A DNA stretch of 64,000 nt from an uncultured Woeseiaceae bacterium (GTDB taxonomy: Bacteria > Pseudomonadota > Gammaproteobacteria > Steroidobacterales > UBA11654): assembly GCA_964633465.1 (NCBI GenBank), contig CAZWGB010000001.1, positions 4,753 to 68,752 on the forward strand, written 5' to 3'. Position numbers and translations under genes: made by a program. Below are positions 45,575 through 55,108 of the stretch, one piece after another (position 1 is the stretch's first letter; each line of letters opens with the position of its first letter). The notes under the pieces were generated by a model that made no database searches, was not told where the DNA came from, and saw only the letters and a list, made by a program, of their open reading frames with translations.

Positions 45575-47962
45575 TTAATGTGCAACATTATCAAGTGTGA
45601 TCTCATCAGCATAAACCGCTTTTTTCTTCCTAAATTCATCACTCATAACTACATTTATTATAAATGAAGACATACGGTAATCATTCTTCTCGGCTGCTGC
45701 TACAATTTTGCGGACTGTCGGTTGATCTGTAGCTTCAATCCGTCTACCAAGCCCAAAAGCCATTAGGTTTTGTGTGAATTGTCTAACCAAGGGTATCGGT
45801 CGCTCAAGCAGCTTTTGCGAAAGATCAGCAGGCGTGGCTATGGGTGTTCCATCGTAGAAGGTGCTTTGGGTATCAAGAGGTGAGCCATGCTCACGAATAC
45901 GCCATTTGCCAGTGACATCAAAATTGTCTAATGCCAGACCAATGGGATCCATAAGTCTGTGGCATGCGGCACAGACTGGATTTGAACGATGCATTTCAAG
46001 ACGCTCTCTGGTGGTTAAAATTCTCCCAGACTCTGAATCTGTTGTTTCTTCCAGGTCTGGTATACCAGGCGGCGGCGGTGGTGGTGGTGCACCTAGCAGT
46101 ACTTCCAACACCCACTTACCTCTAAGTACTGGTGAGGTGCGATTACCCAGCGAAGTTTGCACCAAGATACTGCCATGACCTAAGATTCCACGTCGTTTAC
46201 CATCGATGTATTCAACTCTTCGAAATTGTTCACCGAGAATACTGGGTATTCCATAATGCTCAGCCAGTCGTTGGTTGATGAAGCTATAGTTGGCATTATA
46301 GAGCTCCAGTATGCTGCGATCTTCGCGTACCAAGTTATAAAAGAAGAGTTCTGTTTCTCGACGCATAGCAGTCATCAACTGTTGACTGTAGTTTGGGAAC
46401 CAGAAGGCATCCGGTTCTACTTTTTCTAAATCTTGCAGTCGCAGCCACAAGGAAGCAAATCGTGTTGCGAGTGCCTCAGATCTGGGATCAGTCAGCATTC
46501 GCTGCACCTGTGCTTTCAGTACTCGATTTCTCGATAACTTACCCTGATTTGCAAGCTTAAGTAATTCAGCATCTGGATTAGTACCCCAGATAAAGAATGA
46601 TAAGCGTTTTGCCAGAGCCATATCATCAAGTGTGTAGACATCGCCAGGGGCAATCTGAATTGGTTCATGTTCCATACGCAATAAGAAGTGAGGGCTTGAT
46701 AGGATTGCTTCAAGTGCGTAGCGAATCCCGATTTCAAAACCACCGTCTTCTGCTCCCATTGAGTAAAATTTCAACAGAGCATCGATATCGTCTTGTGAGG
46801 TGTTTCGTCCATAAGCTTTACTTGCAAGTTGGATCAGAATTTTCTTGGCACAGGGAGCTTCTTCGGCCAAGGAGGTAGGGCGGCAGGTAAAAATTTGTTT
46901 TCTTGTTCGATTCTCTGAAACGCCGGTAGGATTATATGGTCCTTCAATTGTTAACCTCATCAGGTGTGGTAACGAAGTTGTACCATAGCTTGCTTCAGTG
47001 CCTGTTAGTGACCAGTCGTTGGGACGAATAAGATCCTCATAAGGGCCGTCCATTTTTCGGATGAATGTAGCTGTTGCTCTACGTTCTCCAGCACGGATAA
47101 AAACAGGATCTGTCTCCATTGGGAATTTTTTGCGTCCCTGAAAATCTATTTCGCCACCGTAACGAACGGTAGTGAGGTGTTCACCATCTATAGAGATGTC
47201 AATGTCGTGATAACGCTCACCCCAGCCGGACATGAATCCCATCTTAAAGATATATTCTCCATCTGCTGGAAAATTATGCAGTACGCTGATGCCACCTCTA
47301 GTCCCATATGGTGCGTCCTCAACTGGTTCCCACTCATGCTGAGATACCAATGGTGAATTGGTATAGGTTTTTGCAAGAATTGGCGCATTACTTTGGCCGA
47401 TCGCCCGCCTGGCAATATCGCTTGCAGCGTTTAGATAGGCTGTCATTGTTGTTGCAGAAATAATTTGTACGTCAGCTATGTTGTCAAAACTTGCACTGAT
47501 TTGATCTTCTGGCAACCATTCTGCAGAGTTGACAGTGAGTCCGAGAATATCCTTGATTTGTTGGGCGTATTCAGCTCGGTTCAGACGTTGGAAAGGACGA
47601 GTGCCAGGATCATTGCGTTTTCGAGCAGCTTTGTCTAGTTTTGTTTCCATAGACTTTACCAGCAGTTGCAATGTTTGCTGGTCTGGTTTTAGAGCTTCTT
47701 GTGGAGGCATCATTCCAGCACGCAATTTGAGGATCATTTTTTCTGCCAATACTGGATTCATTTCTGGGTGATCGGCATCAAAATGTTGCAAGCTCATGCC
47801 TCCTTGTAGGATGACATCGTTGTGACAAAGAACACAATATTGTTTGATGATAGGCGACACTGACTGTTTTTCTTTAGCAAACGTTGATGTTGATAGAATG
47901 ACAAGGACAATCAAAACCGTGAAAGAATTTCCCCATGGGACACTTTGCTTTTGATTATTCAT
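45575..47962 (-). CDS. DUF1592/DUF1595/DUF1587/DUF1588/DUF1585 (PSD-type) multi-domain putative cytochrome
   Basis: 795 aa with a signal peptide. CxxCH at CVLCHND (N-terminal) and CAACHRLMDPIGLALDNFD (C-terminal), plus a GAPPPPPPPG run. The architecture is as in planctomycete-type PSD proteins. Confidence 0.8.
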   Translation of the reverse strand: MNNQKQSVPWGNSFTVLIVLVILSTSTFAKEKQSVSPIIKQYCVLCHNDVILQGGMSLQHFDADHPEMNPVLAEKMILKLRAGMMPPQEALKPDQQTLQLLVKSMETKLDKAARKRNDPGTRPFQRLNRAEYAQQIKDILGLTVNSAEWLPEDQISASFDNIADVQIISATTMTAYLNAASDIARRAIGQSNAPILAKTYTNSPLVSQHEWEPVEDAPYGTRGGISVLHNFPADGEYIFKMGFMSGWGERYHDIDISIDGEHLTTVRYGGEIDFQGRKKFPMETDPVFIRAGERRATATFIRKMDGPYEDLIRPNDWSLTGTEASYGTTSLPHLMRLTIEGPYNPTGVSENRTRKQIFTCRPTSLAEEAPCAKKILIQLASKAYGRNTSQDDIDALLKFYSMGAEDGGFEIGIRYALEAILSSPHFLLRMEHEPIQIAPGDVYTLDDMALAKRLSFFIWGTNPDAELLKLANQGKLSRNRVLKAQVQRMLTDPRSEALATRFASLWLRLQDLEKVEPDAFWFPNYSQQLMTAMRRETELFFYNLVREDRSILELYNANYSFINQRLAEHYGIPSILGEQFRRVEYIDGKRRGILGHGSILVQTSLGNRTSPVLRGKWVLEVLLGAPPPPPPPGIPDLEETTDSESGRILTTRERLEMHRSNPVCAACHRLMDPIGLALDNFDVTGKWRIREHGSPLDTQSTFYDGTPIATPADLSQKLLERPIPLVRQFTQNLMAFGLGRRIEATDQPTVRKIVAAAEKNDYRMSSFIINVVMSDEFRKKKAVYADEITLDNVAH

Positions 47963-48182
47963 GTTCTGTATATCTTGGCAGATTGCTATTTATTAAGGCA
48001 AGCTATTCTCAATACACTAATCTGCTTTTTGGATAGCTTTGTTGTTGATTATAATGTCACATCATCTTCGGCAACGAAATGACTTCTCCATTTTTTCTTT
48101 AGTTTGAATTAAGTAGCAATAATCTATTCATTATGATGATGTTTATAGACCCCAGCAATGAGATAAATCACTTCACCTAATT

Positions 48183-49757
48183 TTAGATCACTTCACCCAA
48201 CTGTTTTGCCCGTTCAAGCTTACTTGATTCATCTTCTGGCAGATATCGACAGGCTAAAAGAAGCATAGTTGCAGAGATTATCAATACTCCCATTGAAGCG
48301 GCGAGGGCAGTTTTCAAACCTTCTGCGTCTGAGTACCCCTGGCTGATCAAGGCGTCACTGAGTAGGCCAACTGAATACGGCCCTAGGGCAAGGCCTAACA
48401 TGCTTACCATTAAAATATAAAAGGCGCCCGCTATGGCTCTCATTCTTGGCATCACCAAATCGGAAACTATGGCTGGCGCTATTCCTACCCACATGGGTGA
48501 TATCAATTGAACAATAAAGTTCCAGATATAAGAGACATAAAGGTTTTCCGAATATAGAACACCAAGATTAAAGGGTGCAATCAATAGAATAACTAGGAAG
48601 GCAACATAAAAGCGGCCATTGACATATTTTTTCCTTAATTTATCTCCGATAATTCCACCGAGAATAACTCCTGTCATTCCTGCTATAGCTGCAGTAAGGC
48701 CTAAAACGGTTGCAACTTCTCCTTCGCTGACTCCAAAGTTTCGCATGTAAAATGCCGGGCCAAATGCAGCCCCGGAATAAGTAATAAAAGAGAGGAAAGG
48801 AAAGCCGATAACAGAAAAAAGCAAAGCCTTGCTCTTGAAAATCATTGAGTAGGTTGCATAATCCCTAATTTGCAATCCTTGGATCCAACATGTCACGACA
48901 TAACATCCCAACCCGAATGCAATCCATTGAACCATGTCCCCCGTCAACAAAATTAAGAAATAGCTGGCTATGGCAATTATCAGGACAATCAAAAAATTAA
49001 TACCAAGGAGTTTTTTATATTGCTTGGAGCCCAGCAATGCCAGTGGGGTAATACCAACAAATTCATTCAGCATTTCTTTAAAGGGATGAGGATGCTCTGG
49101 AGTTTCTATTCCATCACTCATGCCCCTCTTGGGTTCTTTAATTTGCCATGTGAACAAGGCCAATATCAGTCCTGGGATCCCCACTCCCATAAAAGCTGCT
49201 TGCCATCCTCTTAACCCTAATGGCGCTAAGGATGGATCGGGATAGGCATTGTTCCACAATTCAACTATCCACCCACCTAAAAAAACCCCGATTCCTGCAC
49301 CTATGTAAACTCCGCTGGAATAAATAGCCAATATGGTGGTTCTAACTTTTGGTGGAAAGTAGTCGGAGAGCAGGGAATAGGAAGCTGGGCTGGCACTGGA
49401 TTCCCCTATGCCCACTCCGACTCTATAAACGGACAAGCTGAAGAAAGATTTAGCTGTGCCAGAAAGAGCAGTCATAATGCTCCAAGTTGCAAGACCAATG
49501 CTGATAAGTTTTTTTCTTGACCAGACATCAGCAAGCCTCCCCAAAGGTATGCCAAATATTGAGTAAAAAACTGCAAATGCTGTACCAAATAAAAAACCAA
49601 GATCACTGTCGGTAATATTTAGATCAGCCTTGATGTCTTCTGCCAGTACAGAAAGAATCTGCCTGTCTATGAAGTTGAAAACATAGACTATGACCAACAA
49701 AACCAGAGCGATTTTAGCGGACCGCCCTCCGATTTCAGGATGACTATTTTTGTTCAT
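48183..49757 (-). CDS. MFS transporter (spinster-like subfamily)
   Basis: 524 aa, about 12 TM, N-terminal FNFIDRQILSVL....I..DL..TD...G motif. Confidence 0.85.
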   Translation of the reverse strand: MNKNSHPEIGGRSAKIALVLLVIVYVFNFIDRQILSVLAEDIKADLNITDSDLGFLFGTAFAVFYSIFGIPLGRLADVWSRKKLISIGLATWSIMTALSGTAKSFFSLSVYRVGVGIGESSASPASYSLLSDYFPPKVRTTILAIYSSGVYIGAGIGVFLGGWIVELWNNAYPDPSLAPLGLRGWQAAFMGVGIPGLILALFTWQIKEPKRGMSDGIETPEHPHPFKEMLNEFVGITPLALLGSKQYKKLLGINFLIVLIIAIASYFLILLTGDMVQWIAFGLGCYVVTCWIQGLQIRDYATYSMIFKSKALLFSVIGFPFLSFITYSGAAFGPAFYMRNFGVSEGEVATVLGLTAAIAGMTGVILGGIIGDKLRKKYVNGRFYVAFLVILLIAPFNLGVLYSENLYVSYIWNFIVQLISPMWVGIAPAIVSDLVMPRMRAIAGAFYILMVSMLGLALGPYSVGLLSDALISQGYSDAEGLKTALAASMGVLIISATMLLLACRYLPEDESSKLERAKQLGEVI

Positions 49758-49883
49758 AAAAACCGATTGAAAGTGGGAATATTGCTTATCATATAATACT
49801 TATTAGCAATCTCCATTACTTCAATGAGATAAATGAAAGTAAAGGAGTGATTTTTCCGTTCAACTTTTAATGAGGAATTATAA

Positions 49884-50474
49884 ATGCCATTAGTGAAACC
49901 ACTTTCTCCAGAAAGCAACCCAGACGTCAGCAAATTGGCCGAATTTTTTAACGAGACTTTAGGATTTTGTCCAAATTCTGTGTTAACCATGCAAATAAGA
50001 CCTGAAATTGCACGATCTTTTATAAATTTAAATATGGCCGTAATGACCAACCATGGGAGAATTACTTCCGCTCTTAAAAGAATCATTGCCTGGGTGAGTA
50101 GCAACGCAGCAGGTTGCAAATACTGTCAGGCTCATGCCATCCGAGCTGCAGAGCGATACGGCGCTGAACAAGAACAACTGGATAATATTTGGGAATATAG
50201 AACCCATAAATCATTCAATGAGGCTGAAAGAGCTGCACTGGATTTTACATTGGCTGCATCACAGATTCCCAATGCAGTTGATAATGAGCTCCAACAGCGA
50301 CTGAATAGGTATTGGGATGATGGAGAAATCGTCGAAATTTTAGCTGTCGTATCTTTATTTGGTTATTTAAACCGATGGAATGACAGTATGGCAACCAGCA
50401 TTGAAAATGGAGCAATTGAGTCGGCTGAAAAATATTTAGCGAAAAGTGGATGGAACAAAGGCAAACATGCATAA
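49884..50474 (+). CDS. Carboxymuconolactone decarboxylase / AhpD-like (peroxidase-related) family protein
   Basis: 196 aa with a CKYCQAH (CxxC-x-H) motif in an AhpD-like context. Confidence 0.75.
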   Translation: MPLVKPLSPESNPDVSKLAEFFNETLGFCPNSVLTMQIRPEIARSFINLNMAVMTNHGRITSALKRIIAWVSSNAAGCKYCQAHAIRAAERYGAEQEQLDNIWEYRTHKSFNEAERAALDFTLAASQIPNAVDNELQQRLNRYWDDGEIVEILAVVSLFGYLNRWNDSMATSIENGAIESAEKYLAKSGWNKGKHA

Positions 50475-50532
50475 AATCCTATGGTATTAACTCCACCAAA
50501 TTCTATATAATCTTATATCTTTAGGAGAAGCA

Positions 50533-51540
50533 ATGATGTCAATCGCCAATAAAAAATGGATCTTAAAAACCAGACCTGTAGATTTAGTTAAAGAATCTGA
50601 TTTTGAGTTTATAGAAGAAGTTTTGCCCGATTTAGAGGACGGACAAATTCTTATCGCTAACAACTACCTCTCTGTCGATCCAACACAAAGGATGTGGTTG
50701 ACGGATGCTCCTGGATACTTGCCCCCTATACAAATAGGTGAAGTAGTTCGATCTGGAGGTATTGGTACGGTATTGGAGTCAAAGAATTCAAAATATACTG
50801 AGGGCGATTTGGTAACTGGTCTCGTTGGTTGGCAAACTCACACCATCAGCACAGGGAAGGCAGAAAATGCATTCCGAGTAATCCCCAATGTGCTCCCAAT
50901 TCCAACAATGCTCAACGTTCTCGGGACCACAGGAATAACTGCTTATTATGGTCTTTTAGATATTGGCCAACCAAAAGCTGGAGAGACTGTTTTAGTTTCA
51001 GGTGCGGCAGGCGCAACAGGTTCAGTGGTGGCTCAAATAGCTAAAATTAAGGGATGCAATGTTATTGGCATTGCCGGAGGCGAAGAAAAATGTGCCTGGT
51101 TAAAAGATTGTGGTTTAGATCATGTAATTGATTATAAAAATTCAGATGTTCATAAAGAGCTGCCTAAAGTTGCGAATTCAGGTATCGATGTCTATTTCGA
51201 CAATGTGGGTGGACCACTGCTTGAAACCGTTCTTTGGCATATCAATTTAAACGCAAGGGTTGTTATATGTGGAGCCATTTCAGGATATTTGGCTGGGGAA
51301 TTGCCACCAGGACCCAGGAATATAATTAATCTTTTAATACAAAGAGCTCGTATGGAAGGGTTTCTGGTGCTTGATTACCTGAGTAGGGCGGATGAGGCTA
51401 TTGAACATTTAGCTGCCTGGCTTATTGAGGGAAAAATAAAGCACAGGGAAGATATTCAAGAGGGTATCGAGAACTGCCCAGAGACTTTGAATAGATTATT
51501 CACGGGCAAAAATCTTGGCAAGCAAATGTTAAAAATATAA
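50533..51540 (+). CDS. NADP-dependent medium-chain reductase (YncB/CurA/prostaglandin-reductase-like)
   Basis: 335 aa, VSGAAGATGSVVAQIAKIKGC cofactor motif, and a C-terminal GKN.GK..L ending typical of this subfamily. Confidence 0.85.
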   Translation: MMSIANKKWILKTRPVDLVKESDFEFIEEVLPDLEDGQILIANNYLSVDPTQRMWLTDAPGYLPPIQIGEVVRSGGIGTVLESKNSKYTEGDLVTGLVGWQTHTISTGKAENAFRVIPNVLPIPTMLNVLGTTGITAYYGLLDIGQPKAGETVLVSGAAGATGSVVAQIAKIKGCNVIGIAGGEEKCAWLKDCGLDHVIDYKNSDVHKELPKVANSGIDVYFDNVGGPLLETVLWHINLNARVVICGAISGYLAGELPPGPRNIINLLIQRARMEGFLVLDYLSRADEAIEHLAAWLIEGKIKHREDIQEGIENCPETLNRLFTGKNLGKQMLKI

Positions 51541-51573
51541 TTTGAATGTCGATTGTAACCTGAGGAGAAAATT

Positions 51574-51885
51574 GTGAATCAGATCTGTAGGCTTTATTTA
51601 CTGTTGGCCGTTATCGGTGCCATTCTACCCATGACGCAGTTCATCCCTTGGATTCAGGCTGAAGGATGGTCCCTGTCACCGTTCATTCAAGCTTTATTTA
51701 CCACGCTTCCAGCAGCTGGGTTTACCCTAGATTTAGTCCTTACCTCCATTACTTTCTGGGTCTTTGTCTACAGCGAACAAAGAGCGTTAAATGCTAAATT
51801 ATTTGGTTTGGTCGCAGTTAATTTATTGATCGGACTTTCTTGCGCCCTTCCTCTGTACCTCTATTTAAGGATAAGAGAAAATTGA
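51574..51885 (+). CDS. Small membrane protein (DUF2834-like)
   Basis: 103 aa, GTG start, 3 TM. The pattern IPWI...G......F.......A..F..DL resembles DUF2834 as I recall it. Confidence 0.5.
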   Translation: MNQICRLYLLLAVIGAILPMTQFIPWIQAEGWSLSPFIQALFTTLPAAGFTLDLVLTSITFWVFVYSEQRALNAKLFGLVAVNLLIGLSCALPLYLYLRIREN

Positions 51886-51889
51886 AAGC

Positions 51890-52672
51890 ATGACTGAAAC
51901 AACAGAAAAAAAGGAATTAAACAAACCGGTGAAAGCCTACAAGAATCTTGATTTTCTCAACAGCAGAGATGCACGTACCTTACGAATCTTAGCTGAGTAT
52001 TTGCACCCAAGGACGCAGTTTCTATCCCAAGGATTGCAGAACACCATAGTTGTATTTGGTTCTGCCAGAGCCCCTGCTCCAGAGGACGTAGCGCAAATCA
52101 AAGTTGCCAATCCAAAAGACCCAAGACTCAAGCTTACAAAATATTACGAACAAACTGTTGAATTAACCAATCGATTGACGCAATGGTCCCTAGGTCTGGA
52201 TGCAGAGGAGCAGCCTTTTGTTGTTTGTACAGGTGCCGGACCTGGTGTAATGATGGCAGCTAACCGTGGTGCTCATGAGGCAGGAGGGAAAAATGCAGGC
52301 TTGGCTATTTCTCTGCCAAAGGAATCTGTTGTAAATCCTTATGTGACACCTGAACTTTATTTTGAATTTCATTATTTCTTTACCCGAAAATTCTGGTTTT
52401 CCTATTTTGCCAAGGCCTTGGTTATCATGCCGGGCGGTTTTGGAACTCTTGATGAACTATTTGAATTATTGACCCTGATTCAGACCAAGAAAATCGAGAG
52501 ACCACTTCCAATAGTTTTATTCGGCAAAGAATTTTGGAACAAATTGATAAATTTTGAAACATTGGTTGAATTTGGCACCATCAGCCCAGAAGATCTTAAT
52601 CTTTTCCATCTCAGTGACCAAGTTGAGGATGCGTTTCAATTTATTACCTCCAACTTGAAGGTTGAAAGATGA
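51890..52672 (+). CDS. LOG/TIGR00730-family Rossmann-fold nucleotide-binding protein (nucleotide N-glycosidase type)
   Basis: VVFGSAR..., GAGPGVMMAANRGA and PGGFGTLDELFE motifs. Confidence 0.8.
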   Translation: MTETTEKKELNKPVKAYKNLDFLNSRDARTLRILAEYLHPRTQFLSQGLQNTIVVFGSARAPAPEDVAQIKVANPKDPRLKLTKYYEQTVELTNRLTQWSLGLDAEEQPFVVCTGAGPGVMMAANRGAHEAGGKNAGLAISLPKESVVNPYVTPELYFEFHYFFTRKFWFSYFAKALVIMPGGFGTLDELFELLTLIQTKKIERPLPIVLFGKEFWNKLINFETLVEFGTISPEDLNLFHLSDQVEDAFQFITSNLKVER

Positions 52673-53400
52673 AATTCTTGAGCACTACATTTTTTAGAAA
52701 AGCCCACCGATGGCTCGGCCTGCTTGTGTCCATACAATTACTGATGTGGACTGCTTCTGGTTTATTTTTTTCAATTCCCGATATCACAGATGTCAGAGGT
52801 GAACAATATTTAAACCAGGGCTATTCAATTGATATCAACCAAGAGGCGAGAGAAAACATTGCACCAATTAGTGCAATTGTTGACATTGCAAAAGTCAATC
52901 TAGAGGCCAATGAGACTGTGCTGTTAAAATATCGAGCTGGGAGGTTGATTTATCAAGTGGAAAAAAATCCTCCAGGAGAAAATCTCATTTTTGATGCTCT
53001 CACTGGCCAACCCATGACTTATATTACCTCCAGCGAAGCGCTGTCCATCGTTTCTGAGCATACCGAACTAAGTCCAACTGAGGCAGTATTAATCAATCAA
53101 CCCAAAACTGGATCAGAATTCAGAGGTAGGAATCTGCCGTTGTACAAAGTCACGGTGACCAAGCCCAAAAAAGGTATTGTTTATGTCGATCCAGTGACCG
53201 GGGAAATAGCTGCAATACGAACAAAACTTTGGCGTGCTTGGGATTTTTTATGGTCTCTCCATATCATGGATTACCAGGAACGGGATGATTTTTCTCATTG
53301 GTTGCTGAGGTTATTCTCAGCACTAGGGGTATTGACTGTGCTCTCTGGAATTATCTTATGGTTCTATTCTGGAAAATTTCAGGATCGCGCACTCTCTTGA
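52669..53400 (+). CDS. PepSY-domain membrane protein
   Basis: N-terminal FRKAHRWLGLLVSIQLLMWTASGLFF (PepSY-associated TM helix), a periplasmic PepSY-like region, and a C-terminal TM. ATGA overlap with the LOG gene. Confidence 0.7.
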   Translation: MKFLSTTFFRKAHRWLGLLVSIQLLMWTASGLFFSIPDITDVRGEQYLNQGYSIDINQEARENIAPISAIVDIAKVNLEANETVLLKYRAGRLIYQVEKNPPGENLIFDALTGQPMTYITSSEALSIVSEHTELSPTEAVLINQPKTGSEFRGRNLPLYKVTVTKPKKGIVYVDPVTGEIAAIRTKLWRAWDFLWSLHIMDYQERDDFSHWLLRLFSALGVLTVLSGIILWFYSGKFQDRALS

Positions 53401-53402
53401 CC

Positions 53403-53855
53403 ATGCAAAAAAATTTCAGTGATGTAATGCCAGTACTTGCAAGACACAACGGCGAGTGGACGGGTGATTACATTTATTTTTCCTCACAAGGTGAAATCCT
53501 TGATCGTCACAAATCTCACTTAATATGCAGAATCACCGATGAGGAAAAATACCCATACTATCAACAAAATACTTACACATGGAACGATGGTAGGACTGAG
53601 CAATTTGAGCTCTATGCAACTTACAAACTAGCTCGAATATGGTTTGATACAGATCGTATACAAGGGTCTTGTTGGGAAATAGATTCTAAAACACTAATGC
53701 TCAATTGGACCCGTCAAGACATACCTAAAGGTTATTTCTATGAGATGATCCAGATCAATGAAGCAAACGATGCTCGTTCTCGAGTTTGGCATTGGTTTGA
53801 AAACGATGTTTTGATTAAACGAGTTTGCATCAGTGAGACTAAGATAATAACTTAG
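53403..53855 (+). CDS. Hypothetical 150-aa soluble protein (beta-rich, possibly lipocalin/calycin-like)
   Basis: ATG 53403 lies 2 nt after the PepSY stop (the track ORF starts earlier, inside PepSY). Trp/Tyr-rich alternating pattern; no family recognised with confidence. Confidence 0.5.
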   Translation: MQKNFSDVMPVLARHNGEWTGDYIYFSSQGEILDRHKSHLICRITDEEKYPYYQQNTYTWNDGRTEQFELYATYKLARIWFDTDRIQGSCWEIDSKTLMLNWTRQDIPKGYFYEMIQINEANDARSRVWHWFENDVLIKRVCISETKIIT

Positions 53856-53863
53856 AAGAGACA

Positions 53864-55006
53864 ATGAGAGGGTTTTTACCAGAAATAAATCCGTTAAGGG
53901 AGTATTCAATTGCTTCTCCTTCTCTGGGTAGATTGCAAGCAATAGCCGGCAATTTACCAAAATTGCTACTCACTGGTAGAGTTCCAAGTACGCTTGAATC
54001 CCTGCAACACGATGATTTTTCCATCGACGAATTGGTTGCAAAGAATTTAGACCAGGATTTAAGACTGGCTATGGCTCAACTCAGTTTTATTGCTCATGCC
54101 TACATCTGGGGTGGCATCAAGCCGCAAGGACACTTGCCTGAAGTGGTTGCAAAACCCTGGGTGCAGGTTGCCAAATTTTTCGATAGGCCTCCTGTCCTCA
54201 GTTATGCAAGCTATTGTCTCGATAACTGGTTTTTAATAGAGCCAGAAGAATCAATTTCTTTGGAAAATATCGGGTTGATCACCAATTTTTTAGGAGGCGT
54301 TGATGAAGATTGGTTTGTAACCGTTCATGTATGCATAGAATATGCTGCTGCTGATGCTATTGAAGCAGCAGAAATTATTGCAAAATGTACATCTGAATCA
54401 AGCGAGGAGGAGATTGCATCTCTTTTTCATCGTATTGAACGTTCTTTGATTGACGTCAACCAAATTTTTTCCAGGATGCCAGAAAGATGTGATCCCTATA
54501 TCTACTATCACCGAGTGAGACCGTTTATCTTTGGGTCCAAAGATAATCCTGACCTCAAAGGTGGACTGATTTATGAAAATCAGTTTAACAACGAGCCCCA
54601 ATTTTTCCGAGGAGAAACAGGAGCACAAAGCAGTATTATTCCTAGTTTGGATGGGGCCTTAGGCATCCAACATAGCACTGATAGTCTTAGGCATTACCTT
54701 AATGAGATGCGTGAATATATGCCTTTTGAGCACAGAAAATTCATAGAAAAAGTAGAAACTACATCTACAATCAAAGAACTTGTTGAAGAATCAAGGAATC
54801 TTCAGGATTCTTACAATGCCTGTCTTGAGCAAATAAGAGCTTTCCGTGCCCTCCATCTAAAATACGCCGGTGCCTATATTCATAAACAATCGCAACAAAA
54901 AAATCCATTTGGCAGCGGAGGCTCAACGATCAGGGGAACCGGTGGAACCCCTTTTATGTCTTATCTTAAAAAACACAGAGACGAGACTGAAAAACACAAA
55001 AAATAA
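53864..55006 (+). CDS. Indoleamine 2,3-dioxygenase (IDO) family heme enzyme
   Basis: PPVLSYASYCLDNW (human IDO1: PPILVYADCVLANW), GETGAQSSIIPSLD (GGSAGQSS..Q.FD), and the FRALHL...GTGGTPFMSYLK proximal-His region (GTGGT.LM.FLK). Confidence 0.8.
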   Translation: MRGFLPEINPLREYSIASPSLGRLQAIAGNLPKLLLTGRVPSTLESLQHDDFSIDELVAKNLDQDLRLAMAQLSFIAHAYIWGGIKPQGHLPEVVAKPWVQVAKFFDRPPVLSYASYCLDNWFLIEPEESISLENIGLITNFLGGVDEDWFVTVHVCIEYAAADAIEAAEIIAKCTSESSEEEIASLFHRIERSLIDVNQIFSRMPERCDPYIYYHRVRPFIFGSKDNPDLKGGLIYENQFNNEPQFFRGETGAQSSIIPSLDGALGIQHSTDSLRHYLNEMREYMPFEHRKFIEKVETTSTIKELVEESRNLQDSYNACLEQIRAFRALHLKYAGAYIHKQSQQKNPFGSGGSTIRGTGGTPFMSYLKKHRDETEKHKK

Positions 55007-55044
55007 AATCCTCTTAAATACCTGAAAAAAACGCTCTCTCACTA

Positions 55045-55073
55045 TTGTATTTAAGTAACTCCTTAAATATAAT
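55045..55073 (+). promoter_or_regulatory. Putative sigma-70 promoter for the TrpR-like/his operon
   Basis: TTGTAT (55045-55050), a 17-nt spacer, then a perfect TATAAT (55068-55073). The predicted start lies just before the tandem repeats. Confidence 0.4.
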
Positions 55074-55081
55074 GCTTTATC

Positions 55082-55105
55082 ACATTAATACATTAATACA
55101 TTGAT
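55082..55105 (+). repeat. Three tandem 8-mers ACATTAAT-ACATTAAT-ACATTGAT abutting the TrpR-like start codon (candidate operator)
   Basis: Read directly. It occupies the whole predicted 5' UTR where an RBS would normally lie. Confidence 0.6.
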
Positions 55106-55108
55106 ACC

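Noticed and set aside
46067-46087. (GGC)3(GGT)3-like triplet repeat
   Set aside because: It is simply the coding sequence for the Pro7 run (GAPPPPPPPG) of the DUF1592-type protein. As far as I recall, a poly-Pro stretch is a conserved feature of that family. It is not an independent repeat element.
48166-48196. Direct repeat atcacttcacc twice, 20 nt apart, spanning the MFS gene stop
   Set aside because: It is short, with only two copies, and the second copy encodes the C-terminal GEVI. It is most likely a small duplication or chance, with no further structure.
55007-55108. Search for a histidine leader peptide/attenuator or T-box upstream of the his genes
   Set aside because: There is no run of His codons and no terminator/antiterminator pair in the ~100-nt region. 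The only structure is the tandem 8-mer repeat reported as a finding.
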